Assembly: GCA_024704765.1 (NCBI GenBank)
Contig: JAKMXF010000299.1
Span: 496,001-560,000 of the forward strand
Direction: 5' to 3'
Length of the DNA stretch: 64,000 nucleotides
Source: Oopsacas minuta
Lineage: Eukaryota > Animalia > Porifera
Below are positions 21,886 to 33,972 of this stretch, one piece after another. Both the position numbers and the translations under genes were made by a program. The stretch's first letter is position 1. Each line of letters opens with the position of its first letter. The notes beneath the pieces were generated by a model that saw nothing but the letters and a program-made list of their open reading frames with translations, was not told where the DNA came from and ran no database searches.

Positions 21886-24800
21886 CTATTTCATCGCTTC
21901 GTACCGTTTGAGGTGATTCGTTGATTCTGGTGGTATTCTACTTAAACACCATTTATGGAAATCAGGACTGGGCGTGGCCAAATATCCGCCCCACAGAATA
22001 CAACTCTCTTCTGTCTTTCCCCCTAAACTATATCTGAACGGTTCACCAAACAGATTCGTTACTCTAGCCCCGATACATTGGAAGATTGCATCCATAGCGC
22101 ATGCATCCCAGAATTTCATTTTAGGTTCATTATAAATATAAATGTCTCCCAGTCCCTCTGCTACCCACAGTGCTTTGATGCCAGCTCCTCCTAGACGTTT
22201 CTTCTCTGTAGGATCTATAATATAGTATATGTATAAGATCCGGGTTATCGGAGATCTAGGAACGGATTGTGATCAGATCATTGTGATTACAATAATTATA
22301 TTATTATAATTATCAACATTTTACTTAAATTCCGGCGAGATTTTTCTATACACTTTTTAGTGTTGAAAGGTCATTTTTGTCAAATTAGTGAAATGACATT
22401 TTTATTCTGAGGGGAACAAAGTTTTGTATTAGCCAATGAGACTTTGAAAAAACCTGGTTTAGATGAATAATTAGTATGTACCCAATCTTGATTCGTAACT
22501 TTACGTATCTTCAGACGAATATTTTGGAATAAAAATTTTTCCTCTATGTGAGTTAACTAGTAGTTATTTCGTTCAGTTTGGCAGCAATTATTTATTTTGG
22601 TGAAAATTTAATCTCTTTCAACATAAGGTGGCAAAGAGCGTCCAATCATTATTTTACATAATTTCCACTTTTTAAGGAACTTTCCTAAATAGCGTGATTA
22701 AAATGTGTGAAGAAAGCTACATTATGAAGTTTTGTTTTTCGACAACTTTATGTGAGATATTTATAATCAGCAAATTTACCAATAATTAATTATTCAGCTT
22801 ACTTATATTTCGGCGAGAATTTTTATAGTAAATAAACCCACAAAATTTTGTATCATGAATCTAGATAGAGGCATCCAACTTGTACTGGACCAAAAATGAC
22901 GTAATATTTTGGTCATATGACCAAAGACTTAGAAATTCTGAACTAAACAGTATTTCAGTATAAGTACGAGTAGAAATAGTATACATTTTACAATTTTATG
23001 TGAACTAACCCATTAAGTCAGCAAGCTTCTGAGTAGATGGAGTAAGATGACTTCTTGAAAGAAGCATTATTCTGTTCTTCTCAGGATCTGACGGTGGTCT
23101 CTGTTTCAAACCAAACACACCAAATCCTACAAGAGCCCAGACAGTACGTCCCTCTTTCTGAGAAGGAGCGAATGGCTGATGTAATACTCCTGCTACGGCT
23201 TTATCTTTAACACACATACCTGTGGAGTAGTCAGATAGTTACTACTAAATAATTCCATGATACATTCGATGATAAATTGGTCCATCAGTTAATTGATTTA
23301 TTTCATTTAATCTGCCAAATAATTGTATTTTATAACCTCTCAATGGTATCCAAACTATCATAACGAGTTACACAAAATGACAAAGATAAGAATGTACAGT
23401 ATATAAATATATCCAATTTTCGTACTCAACGTTGCCTCTAAGTACTATAATTGAACAAAATTATTCTCGTATTTACATAAACACAAGAGCCGTAATGGAG
23501 TTTTTGATGGTTTGATTGTCATTCATATGTACTTGTGTTATTAGAAAACATGTTACATATAAGCAATATATTTCATTGAGAATATTTGAAATGTTTTCTC
23601 AAATATGTAAATTTGAAACCAATTTCAAAATTCCTATTTGTTTTCTCATTATCTCTACGAACATAGTGTATTACAGACTAACCAATAAGTACAGATACAT
23701 ATTCTAGGAGATTCTCTGTAAACTCTCTAGTTCCGTCAAGCGGGTCTACAAATACTGTTATGTCCTCCTCTTTGAGAGAAGACCACTCTACTGGACATTT
23801 AGCTTGCAGGATTTCTTCGTCTAACTGTGTGACTATGTCATCTGGAGATCCTCCAAGTCCTTCCTCTCCGATAATATTCAACTTAGGAAATAGAGCAGAT
23901 AGACTACCTATTATACACCTGTAGAGGAAAGTTAATTACAGTAATGCCAATATAGGATTGAAATTATAAAGAATAAGAGTAACATTCGTATATTCAGCAA
24001 AGCAAAAATATGCAAATGTTGCAAAAAGCGAAATAATATAATAACATCAACTAGCAACTACGCTACGCATGTAGAATTTTTGCATAGCAAAAAATATGTA
24101 TACAGGGAATGAAGCAGATTTGATCTAGCTTCTCATAGCATAACACTTAGATGACATTCTAATTTTCACATGCCTAGAGTATACATTAGCTTATAATATA
24201 GAACATACATTTTGCGCGTCTAGATATATATAATAGCTGGAATTCATGCCCTGGATGCGAGCAGCATATGCCTGGATAAATCCCTGGAATAGAAAATATA
24301 CATACACATGACTGAATGCAAATAACCAAAATAAAAAAGTGACTACAGTTTTAATAGCTAAATAGAGCATTAGTAAGGAATCTCAGGAATTAAATAGAAA
24401 GCCTCTAAACAGCTCAATACAAACATCTCCGTGTAGAATCCACAAATAAACCATACATGATAATAGTTAATGAATTAAATTACAGAATTTAAAACCAAAA
24501 GAAGAATTCTTTCCTATCCACAATAGTTAGTAAAGAGAATAGGAAAGGACTCAGAATTAGATTATCATGCTGTGTAGTAATACATTCTAAAAGGGAAGTT
24601 AAAGATACTCCGACTAATGTTCTCACTAAGCGATGAGGACGGACTTTCAGGGAGAATGGAATAATACCTATATCTAGCTTTGTTATAAGGAAGATAGCAG
24701 TAGTAGTAGCGATAAAACCGATTATAAAACCTTCAACACTCTTCCCGTTATTAAACCATCTTCTATGACCAAAATGCTTACCAAAAATAGCAGCGAATGT

Positions 24801-27800
24801 GTCCAAAACTCCAAGTGACAATACGCCTGCATATACAAACAGTCTAAAACCTCTGTGAACTGGTAGTAGCCAGCAGGGTAGAGATAACCCCAGTATCAAA
24901 TAAATATGGTTAATGTACAACCCTGTATCTTGTGCAGAATTGGACCCACTTAACTCTTGCATAAATGTGTGAATTTTCGCACTGTATGGTCCAATTCGCA
25001 GATTATGATACAACTCGAGTAATATCAAACAACAAACAACAACAGAAGAAGCGAGAGATATCGTATCGAGATCGTATAGCAAAGCTGGTGTATAGATAAA
25101 CACGGCTAAAACATGAAAAACCTTCCTCCTGGTGACAATATCTATCCTTGAATAGTTAATCAAATAAACTCCAATTAGAACTGATAGAAGAGTCAGTGCA
25201 CCCATGTAACCTACTATTATAATGCGAGTAGTATTATTGAATAGGAATTTATCCCAAAACCAATATACAGGATTCATGCCGAGGAAACTAGCAAGCATAG
25301 GTGCTCCTATAAAGAGAATTGAAATTAGCAGACTTGAAAGTGCGAAAAGTCGCAATGATCTACTATCAGATCCGTGCCTGAGAGTATACCAAACAGGTGA
25401 TAGCGTAACTATGAAGAGGATAGTAAAAGCGAGGAAAATCTGAACACAAATAGAAACTTGAGATTTGTATATATTCATAAATGAGGGTTGTGTCATAATA
25501 TTATACTTATGTAGAACCATGGATATGGAATCGAACAGAAGAATACCGATTGATTCTGCGATTATTATCACCTCGCCAGCTGTGAATGTGTAAGGAAAGC
25601 TATCTATTAACACAACCAAACTGATGGTACACAAAACAAGTAGAGAAACCATGGATAAAAACCCTTCTTTGATAGGAAACACATTATACGTCAACAATGT
25701 TAATACAGCAACACTGATTATAACTAGCGTAATGTTATTCGGTGGTCTTGACATACGATGTATTACAGTGTATATCAATACTACAAGACCGAATAATGAC
25801 ATTGCTAAGAGATAGAACTGTAGGTAAGATATGTAGCGTTTATTAATCACAGTTGAAGGTTCATATGAAGCATTCTGTATTAGTGCTGTGAATACCAGAG
25901 GTACTAGCATCATACCGTAATGTAGGCCTGATGATGCCTTAGGCCGCAGCTGCATTTCTTTCACATAATTAATGAACATTTCAAGCCAGGTAGAGAATAC
26001 AATAGAAACCACCACTACTGCACCTGGTGCGAACTGGTATATTAAATCATCAGGAGAGTCTGGCGATATAGCTAAACTGAGTAGTACTATTGATAGGCCT
26101 ACTATTCTGAGTTCTAAGGTGGGATAGAAGAGGTCTTTTATGGTGCGGATTGCTTTGTATTTGAGGGAGTTAGGATTAGGACCTGGTTCAGTTTGTGTAG
26201 ACATTACTGCTAATTTAGAAAATAAGATATAATTAATTAGAAGAAGTAAATAGAGAATAGTGAATTAATACATATACGTACATGAAACTTAAATTTCAAA
26301 TATTGATCCTATTTGTTTCTATTAAGTAATTTTCATTTACTTGTGTCGGCGAGAACTCCTATGTAATCTCAGTGTTTACGTAGTAGTAATTAACTTGATC
26401 ATGGGCGTAAACTTGGAGTAATCCCATGAGGGTATGGGGGTGGCAGTCCAATTCCTTAGGTGTTGTGCAGCTTCAAGGTGCATCGCCCACGGGTGATCAT
26501 GGTGGGGCTGGTACCCCCCCCCCCCATTCATAAAGTTTATGTCTATGAACTTGCTTATTATGTATCGAGTTATATCCTAAGCAATTATATATAACTTATG
26601 ACTCAAAGTGACCTGAAAGAGCAAAGTTAGAAAATGCAACCACAAGTGATATTCAATTAGAAAGCCTACATAATTCATTTCTTATCTTACTTCATTATTG
26701 AAACATATTTTACTAGTAAATGGCTAGATCCTCTAATCGAAGATTATTCACAGAATATAGACAGCTGTTTGAGAACTGTCCAGATGGAATCGTGGCGGGA
26801 CCAAAGACAGAAGACAATTTTCTAGAATGGGAGGCACTAATCGCCGGACCAGAAGGGACACCGTTTGAATTTGGCGTGTTCGTAACGGAGCTAAAGTTTC
26901 CGGCAGATTACCCTATGAGTCCTCCTAAGATGAGATTTCTATCTGACATGTTTCACCCTAATGTATACCCAGATGGTAGAGTGTGTATCAGCATCCTACA
27001 CGCGCCAGGAGAAGATCCTACTGGATATGAATCAAGTCATGAGAGGTGGAGTCCAATATTATCTGTGGAAAAGATTCTAATCTCTGTTATGAGCATGTTA
27101 GCTGAGCCTAATGTTGAGAGCGGAGCAAACATAGACGCGTGTAAAATGTGGCGAGAGAATAGAGACGAATTCAACAAGATAGCACATAATTTAGTCAAGA
27201 AGTCGCTATGTATTATGTAGTGTGATGGAGTATTATATGCCTATTGATTGAGAACATCAAATGGATTGATAATGTATTGAAATTAATAATAGAATTATGA
27301 GAATGATGGTAAAACTTGGCCACGACCGGCCGGATTATCCAGTAGGCTCTAGATTAGAGGTATAGTACCCATGGCCTACAAAATTTAACAAAATGAATTT
27401 AATAATAAACCAAAAGCATTAGTCATCTAACATCTAATCAATATATAGTGAAACCTGCATGATAATCTGACACCTGTATAATCCTACAGAATTCCATATC
27501 CGGACGAGTGTCGGTTTATGCAGCATGCATGTTCCACTGTATGTAAGTACAGTGGTTGTAGCTTATAAGGACACCATTTGGGAGTAGCAAAATATGTTCT
27601 TATAGCCGGTCTGAATTATACAAGAGGATATGAGAACCGAATCCCTAGGATGCTTGTTGTACCCGAATAACTCACTGTACACGTACTGTATTAATCTGAA
27701 TTATTGCTATGAATTAATCAACGTTTATGATGTACACTACGATATAACAGGGGCGATATGGATGTTAAAGTGGCCTCGTTAAATCATAGCAGCTCTACGA

Positions 27801-29473
27801 AAGTGCTCTGGTTGAAATCTCACTTACCATATAAACAGTACTAACAGCACCAAAATCGTTCCGGTTAAAACCGGACCAACTGGACCAGTAGTTCCGGCGC
27901 TGTATGATACAGACAACATGTTGATATTTATGAACAGTTTTGATAAAACACGGAATATGACTGAACTAAATAGAGGAACCAATAACAAAATGTTCAACGA
28001 ATCAAATGTATATTCGTAGTACAAATCATTTGCAGTCTCACATCGGAGATAATGGATCAGCAGCTTCCCAAAATTACCCAGAACATGGTGGCCATGCCAT
28101 GGATATATCATCTCGCAATAGTCAGAACCGCTAAAATTATTGAAACTTTCGAAAATAGAATTTCAGCACTGTGACTCTTATCCATTGTGTCTGATTGTGT
28201 GTGAGTTCTCCGTTCCATAGGGGCACATACAATAGTCAGAATTTCGAAGTTGTCATTAGTCAGAATCGATTATTTCTTATAAATATGTATTTTTTAAGGA
28301 CGTCATCATATATTTGACGAAAAAAGAGAACGGAAATTCACATTATAGCCAGTTGATACGCCATAGACTCCGTTTAAGAGGGATCACCATTCAACAGTTA
28401 AGCTTGGGCAATGAGCTAATCAGGTCACTTGGCCAGAAAGAGAATCATGTAAATAGCGTAACCTCGGCTAATCGCGCTAACACCTTTATCCCGCTTAATC
28501 AGGTAATATGACTAGCCCCGAAGTGACTCTATAAGCAGAGTCAACAGTACTTCCAATCAGAACACAGATTGAGAACAATATATAGTAAATAATCAAATCA
28601 TGAATTAGAAGTATTTCTGGCCTAATAACGTAGGTATAACAAGGATCTGTGGCATGGAGCAAGGATTACTGTCACGAATTGAAAGAGAGCTAAATTCAAA
28701 TCTATTATGAGGAATATTACCTGAAAGTCCAGAACACTTTTGAACAGCTTGAAATATCATGCTCGTTTACAGAGGCGGCGGATATTGAAGCTCATTAAAA
28801 TTTTCCAAACATAAAATAGTGTATGAAAGGATGAATGGCTGCTATGTTACAGAGCCAGCGATACTAAAGTCACAGAGGTAGCCAGGAGAGCAGTGTTCTC
28901 CAGAGTATTATCCAGGCTTACGCGGCGCGCCTACAGACGGATACGTTTCAGCAAATATATTCTAGGTGTTCGAAAATTTGACCAAAACTCCTATATATTG
29001 TAATACAAAATGTATTATATAGGCGTTATAAAAAGAAATAGAATGCAGTTTTAGGCTAGGCAGTGAGATACAGAATGATTTCCGAGGAGTACAACCAAAA
29101 ATTCTGGGGGTACAGCCAATACTTAAAGTGCTAAAATATTAAAGCCAAATTTCAGGGGGTAAAGTCTAAAAATGAGAAATTCAGTGGTTACCACTTACCA
29201 CCAGGATTCCTTAGAGGGAACACTGCAAGTACCAAGCAAAAATAGCAATTTATGGACAGGTTTAATACATTAAAGAATTGACATAATATTACACTATGTG
29301 ACAAACCCTTCAGATCTCCTGTCAGCTATGGTTTGAGGATCGTCTACTCCTTTCTCTACGACATCAAGCTTCCCTCCAGAATGTACTTCTCTGATAATAC
29401 AGCCTGCTTTCCTTGCTGCCTGCACACTCAGTGCTAACACTCTAACTAAGACAGGTATCTCAGCAGATGCCAT
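21886..29473 (-). CDS. BPNT1: 3'(2'),5'-bisphosphate nucleotidase; exons 29473-29307, 23918-23683, 23219-23010, 22214-21886
   Basis: Spliced GT-AG model keeps frame: MASAEIPVLVRVLA...DPQTIADRRSEG|CIIGSL...IIGEE...VFVDPLDGTREFTE...VLIG|MCVKDKAVAGVLHQP...SRSH...D|PTEKKRLGGAGIK...KFWDAC. Contains the inositol monophosphatase-family motifs. Confidence 0.9.
24489..26204 (-). CDS. DOLK: Dolichol kinase, intronless, nested in BPNT1 intron 1 on the same strand
   Basis: Multi-pass 571 aa with RRKVFH, HIYLILGLSLP, GVLSLGVLDTFAAIFGKHFG...GKSVEG and TTQHDNLILSP (CTP-transferase family C-terminus). Confidence 0.9.
   Translation of the reverse strand: MSTQTEPGPNPNSLKYKAIRTIKDLFYPTLELRIVGLSIVLLSLAISPDSPDDLIYQFAPGAVVVVSIVFSTWLEMFINYVKEMQLRPKASSGLHYGMMLVPLVFTALIQNASYEPSTVINKRYISYLQFYLLAMSLFGLVVLIYTVIHRMSRPPNNITLVIISVAVLTLLTYNVFPIKEGFLSMVSLLVLCTISLVVLIDSFPYTFTAGEVIIIAESIGILLFDSISMVLHKYNIMTQPSFMNIYKSQVSICVQIFLAFTILFIVTLSPVWYTLRHGSDSRSLRLFALSSLLISILFIGAPMLASFLGMNPVYWFWDKFLFNNTTRIIIVGYMGALTLLSVLIGVYLINYSRIDIVTRRKVFHVLAVFIYTPALLYDLDTISLASSVVVCCLILLELYHNLRIGPYSAKIHTFMQELSGSNSAQDTGLYINHIYLILGLSLPCWLLPVHRGFRLFVYAGVLSLGVLDTFAAIFGKHFGHRRWFNNGKSVEGFIIGFIATTTAIFLITKLDIGIIPFSLKVRPHRLVRTLVGVSLTSLLECITTQHDNLILSPFLFSLLTIVDRKEFFFWF
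26400..26547. mobile_element. hAT-like MITE between DOLK and UBE2G2
   Basis: TIRs CATGGGCGTAAACTT / AAGTTTATGTCTATG. Near-perfect 8-bp TSD AACTTGAT / AACTTGCT. Confidence 0.7.
26720..27220 (+). CDS. UBE2G2: Ubiquitin-conjugating enzyme E2 G2 (Ubc7), intronless, nested antisense in BPNT1 intron 1
   Basis: GIVAGP..EDNFLEWEALIAGPEGTPFEFGVF; HPNVYPDGRVCISILHAPGEDPTGYESSHERWSP with the catalytic Cys and the Ubc7-type acidic insertion. Confidence 0.96.
   Translation: MARSSNRRLFTEYRQLFENCPDGIVAGPKTEDNFLEWEALIAGPEGTPFEFGVFVTELKFPADYPMSPPKMRFLSDMFHPNVYPDGRVCISILHAPGEDPTGYESSHERWSPILSVEKILISVMSMLAEPNVESGANIDACKMWRENRDEFNKIAHNLVKKSLCIM
28362..28547. mobile_element. Decayed pogo/Tigger-like MITE
   Basis: TAGACTCCGTTTAAGAG ... 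CTCTATAAGCAGAGTCAACAG+TA; same terminal motif as 41841 and 60456-60600. Confidence 0.5.
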
Positions 29474-29570
29474 ATTCTGGTAATATAACTCTGTAAGAAT
29501 AGAATATGTAATACCGTGAACGGTTATACTAAAATGACGAATATTAATGAGTGTGACCATGGGCGTAGTG

Positions 29571-30089
29571 CAGGGCCGGCGACAGGGGGGGGGGTAGCTT
29601 GGGGTAAAACCGGGGGGCCCGGGGTAAATAGGGGCCCCAGGTCGGCATGTGATAGTTTCTTTAGGATTTAAGATATTCATTGTGTCTTGTATGTACATGT
29701 AAGCTTGTATCACAATATAAATTCCTTTGTTTCACTAATAGAATAATTGCTTTTATCAATGTAGCACTTAACAAACAAAGGATTCTGTCATTAATGGTAG
29801 TCATTAATATATTCCATTATTTGAAACCTTATTAGTCATCTATTTCCTTCAACACTAAAATATAGAATTATAGAAATTGTTCTATTTCAATTACTAAATA
29901 TTTCAATTTAAAGTCTATATCCTACGATCATAAATTTACTCAAATTTCAGGATAAGTTTCTAGTTGCAATATATTTTTGTCTAAGGTCACAGGTATTACA
30001 AAAAATTGAATTATTGTCAGAGCTAGGGTGATGGAGGGGCCCGCCAGAAATCTTGCTAGGGGGGCCCGTAAATTCTGTCGCCGGCCCTG
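29571..30089. mobile_element. hAT-type MITE inserted into the end of another MITE
   Basis: Perfect 15-bp TIRs CAGGGCCGGCGACAG / CTGTCGCCGGCCCTG. Perfect 8-bp TSD GCGTAGTG at 29563-29570 and 30090-30097, which is part of a CATGGGCGTAG terminus starting at 29558. Confidence 0.92.
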
Positions 30090-31442
30090 GCGTAGTGTAG
30101 GGGGTTTAATCCCCAAAATTCTTATTATGTCCTCCAAAATTGTTGAATATAATGATTATACTCAGGAATAGTGGAAAACTGAATAGATTTTGCATAGTTG
30201 TCAAGTCTCACGGATCCAAAGCAGTGAGACTAACGTATTTGATTACAATCTCACTTTAAAAATTTCGAGGGAAATTGAAATTATTACAATGATTAAAGAT
30301 ATGATAGTTAGTCTAACAGTGGTAAGAACGAGAGCGATGTACAATTATAAGAACTAGAGTATGTATTCAAATTAAGATCTATCAACTAATAATTGTATTT
30401 GAACTAATAACAGTCAATTAAAATCATTCCAACTAATGACAGGTATTGGGTAACCCCCCCAAAAATCAACTATATGTACTCCTTGTCGCATATTTCGATT
30501 ATGACACCATCTAAAGTACTTTTGCTGTACAATATCTATATTATATTATCTTGGAATTTGAATTCTTTACTTAATTCTCATGGATTTTGTTATGGGTGCG
30601 TGAGTTTGACTAATTATTCACCATGGGCGCCGAAACTCCCTTTTTTAGTGTTGACCTGATTGACTAGGATTTGTATACCCTCCTTGAATACCAGGGCTTT
30701 AACCTCCCTCACACCTAGGGATATAATCTTAGTGATTAAGAGAGATATCTGCTCCCAAACTACTATAGAAATATCCTCCCTGAATAAGGGGTGTATTCTC
30801 CCAAATCAGGGGAGGTGAGAACCCCCATGAAAAAACCAGGGGGTGTCAAACCTCCCTACAAGAGTTTACCCACTCAAACATTACAATCTGGGTATTAGCA
30901 GCGATGCCAATAATAGATATACAAGAGTGATATCTCCAAGCCCCCCTAACAATACGTTCTGGCTACGGGCCTGCCACATATTATTGTATGGTTAATGAAG
31001 GATTATTTAATATATATGATTATGTAAAATATGGGTGTTTGACGTAGACTGGAAATATATTGACGAGAAATGCCAACATCACACAAAGTATAACTCTAAA
31101 GAGAGTGAATCTTTAAGAAATTGATGATACATTCGAAATCAATTATGGTTCAGGTAGGGTAAGGGATATACGTATGCATGTGGAGGATACAGTGTTTCCA
31201 ACAAGTGATATGAAAGTCACTGATCAGTTGTTTGGAGTAGCCAATGAAGTGTCTAAGGTGTAGAATGGCTATGATGTGATTCTGGGTAGGTTTAGAAATA
31301 TAGAAGTTCGGGACATTATTGTGCAGTCTTAAGCCCACCGGTTGTAACATGGCAACATACACGGGGCAACAATGTCATATGGAATAAATTTGCCTTCGAA
31401 ATTAAAAAATTTGCACGCAATTTTGTTCGAAAATATAACATA

Positions 31443-31766
31443 CAATAGAACCTCCGAGATCCGGGCAGTGTGGGACCGGAGGGTGCCCAGATCTTAGAAT
31501 TTGCCCGGATCTGGGAAATATCATTAACTCTATGGTAGTTACAACCCATAATGTACAAATGAGTTCCCTTAGATATTCGAATTCTGTTATTAAGTTTACA
31601 TACTGTATGCAAATGTAATCCAGTATGAAATATAGTAACTGAAGTCAACGTTAGTTGAGGAGAATTATATGAAATGGTGAAATTCTTTTGGATTGATATA
31701 AAATAAGGGTGCCCGGTTGAGGGAGGTGCCCGTATCTTGGAGGTCCGGATCTCGGAGGTTCGACTG
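31443..31766. mobile_element. pogo/Tigger-like MITE
   Basis: TA+CAATAGAACCTCCGAGATCCGG ... CCGGATCTCGGAGGTTCGACTG+TA; internal GGGTGCCC repeats. Confidence 0.85.
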
Positions 31767-32337
31767 TATACGTATGATGCAATTTTGTTACATCGTGTAG
31801 TGGGCTTTTAACTTATAAGATCGGGATATTTAGGATACGTTTCTTGATAAGTTTTGGAAATTACCACACAGGTTATCTTAGGGATAATTATCTGAATCTT
31901 TAAACTTGACTTAAGTTACTTAAAATGTATTGACTGACTCTTAGTTCATTAACATAAATATTTCAGGACTAAATATGGCTTGCACCTGTGTAATTTGAGA
32001 ATGATATCCAAGGGTTATCAAATATCCATTTATGATAAGCCAAACTCCTTACATCTCCTGTCTTGGTGTCTGTATATCTAATAGCCTCATAAACGTTCCG
32101 TAAGCGCAATTCATCAATATTAATATATCTGTATATAAGATACGAAAGGCATAAATTCAAAGAGCCTTTATGTAAAGAGTAGATTTCTTTAATACGTATG
32201 TTACCATCAGTGTCAAGGGGCTGTCAAATTCGTACTCCTGTTCCCAAGTGCATATTTACAGATTTATATTACCTAAAAAATAAACACAGACTGAGAATTA
32301 CCCGCATGAACCGTGGCCATCCTCATTTGTTTTAATA

Positions 32338-32554
32338 CCGTATTTCCTTTAATAGTAGCCTGGGAGATTATTCGAAGTGGGGATACATTCAATAAAATAC
32401 TACGTAAAATTTTCTGTTTCTCCTTTGTGATCTTGAAACTTATAATGTGGGATGGAAGCCATCCTCATCAGTCAGCTAGCCCTACCGGTGCAAATAAAGG
32501 AATTATTCTGTCACTACAAATTATTTAAGAGGGTTACTAATCACGGAAATACGG
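32338..32554. mobile_element. Tc1/pogo-type MITE
   Basis: TA+CCGTATTTCC ... GGAAATACGG+TA. Confidence 0.65.
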
Positions 32555-33084
32555 TATATTTAACCAATAAAATTCACGAATCTAAACAAACTTTTACAAA
32601 TTGTGATCACCTCATGTAGTGAAGAAATCGAATATACAAATGTAGATTTTATATTGTATTTGCCTTAGTTCCTTTCCCACAGTAGTATATAACGAAAATT
32701 TTACAAGAAAATTAATTGAAATATCAAGGGTATCGAATTAGCAAATGAGAAATTCTAAGCAAAAAAATTACAGCTGTTTTCGGGAATAAATGACAAATTT
32801 TCTCATTAAAACAATAGCTAACGCTAGCGAAAGCATGTTGGATAATTCGGTAGCATTGAATAATCTCTATGATTTAATTACTGTGAGATTTGACGTTTCG
32901 GGAATATACAACGACAAAGGAACTCTGGGAAATTGTCCTATAAATTTCTGGGAATTTGTAAATCCTTGAAATAACTACAATATTTGCAGCACTGTTGATA
33001 CCAAGTTAAAACAATAATCTTATGGGCAATTAGTTTAGTGATTATACTTATTTGAATAAAACATCTTTTTCCTAACTTGTAGTC

Positions 33085-33972
33085 ATGAACGTGGTTTCAG
33101 GGACATACCACCTGTTTTCTCAAAAGAGATTCCGCCCACACAGACTATGCGGTGCTCTCTACCTAACCCAATTCCTGATTGCTACTCTAGCAGAGTTCTC
33201 TCCAGCTCTGCAGAAACTAACACACCCCTATATACATGTAACTCTACCTATCACAGGATGTTTGCAGGCAATAATTGCTTGTAGAACATTTACATTTCTA
33301 CCAACCACTAAAGGAGAGGTTCAGGGATATTTCTCTGATAAACGCACAATGTCTTACGACTTTATCTTGGAGAATGTCTACTTTTCAGGTTTAATCGTAT
33401 TCCAATCTCTCTACTGCTATTATCCCGAACTATTCCACGCATTCCCTATCGTAGAAGTCATATTTGTGTTCTTGCCTTATTTCGTCATTCGACCGTTTTT
33501 TCCTAAAACCAGTTTCAGACAGTCATTAAGTAAGACTTATGGAGGTGAAGTATCTGATCGAAATAAGTTTTTCATTTATGCAAACGTCTATTTCGTGAAA
33601 GTATTCTATATCGCAGGAAAACACATATCCGGTTACTATATTAACTATTTACTGTATACTAATAATATTCCTGGTTCCTACGACAGAACAATGAGACTAC
33701 TCTTCTTGCTAGCAGGCTGGGGTGCTACTATTGCAGTATTTCTTCACACTCTTAAGTTCAAGCACTATCTCAGTGCTAGGATGGCAATGCTACTCTACAC
33801 AGGATCATTCCCTCTCTTCTATGCAGCTTACGCTAGTCTCTACCAATTAGCGTTATTACAGCCGATTATTTTATTAATCTGTGCTGTAGGTATCCTGATT
33901 AATTTCATGCCGGTATATGTACAGGTCCTGTATCAATGCTTCGCTTGTCTAGTTCTGTCAAATATGAAGTAG
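33085..33972 (+). CDS. Uncharacterised multi-pass membrane protein (295 aa), intronless
   Basis: Clean ORF with roughly 7-8 hydrophobic segments and polar intramembrane-looking motifs (PHRLCGALYL, YFSDK, ENVYF, KHISGYYINY, FLHTLKFKH). Family not recognised. Confidence 0.75.
   Translation: MNVVSGTYHLFSQKRFRPHRLCGALYLTQFLIATLAEFSPALQKLTHPYIHVTLPITGCLQAIIACRTFTFLPTTKGEVQGYFSDKRTMSYDFILENVYFSGLIVFQSLYCYYPELFHAFPIVEVIFVFLPYFVIRPFFPKTSFRQSLSKTYGGEVSDRNKFFIYANVYFVKVFYIAGKHISGYYINYLLYTNNIPGSYDRTMRLLFLLAGWGATIAVFLHTLKFKHYLSARMAMLLYTGSFPLFYAAYASLYQLALLQPIILLICAVGILINFMPVYVQVLYQCFACLVLSNMK

Noticed and set aside
29474-29713. Pro/Gly-rich N-terminal extension of the BPNT1 ORF (PGAPIYPGPPG...)
   Set aside because: It is read-through into GC-rich MITE ends; homology to BPNT1 begins at MASAEIP (29473).
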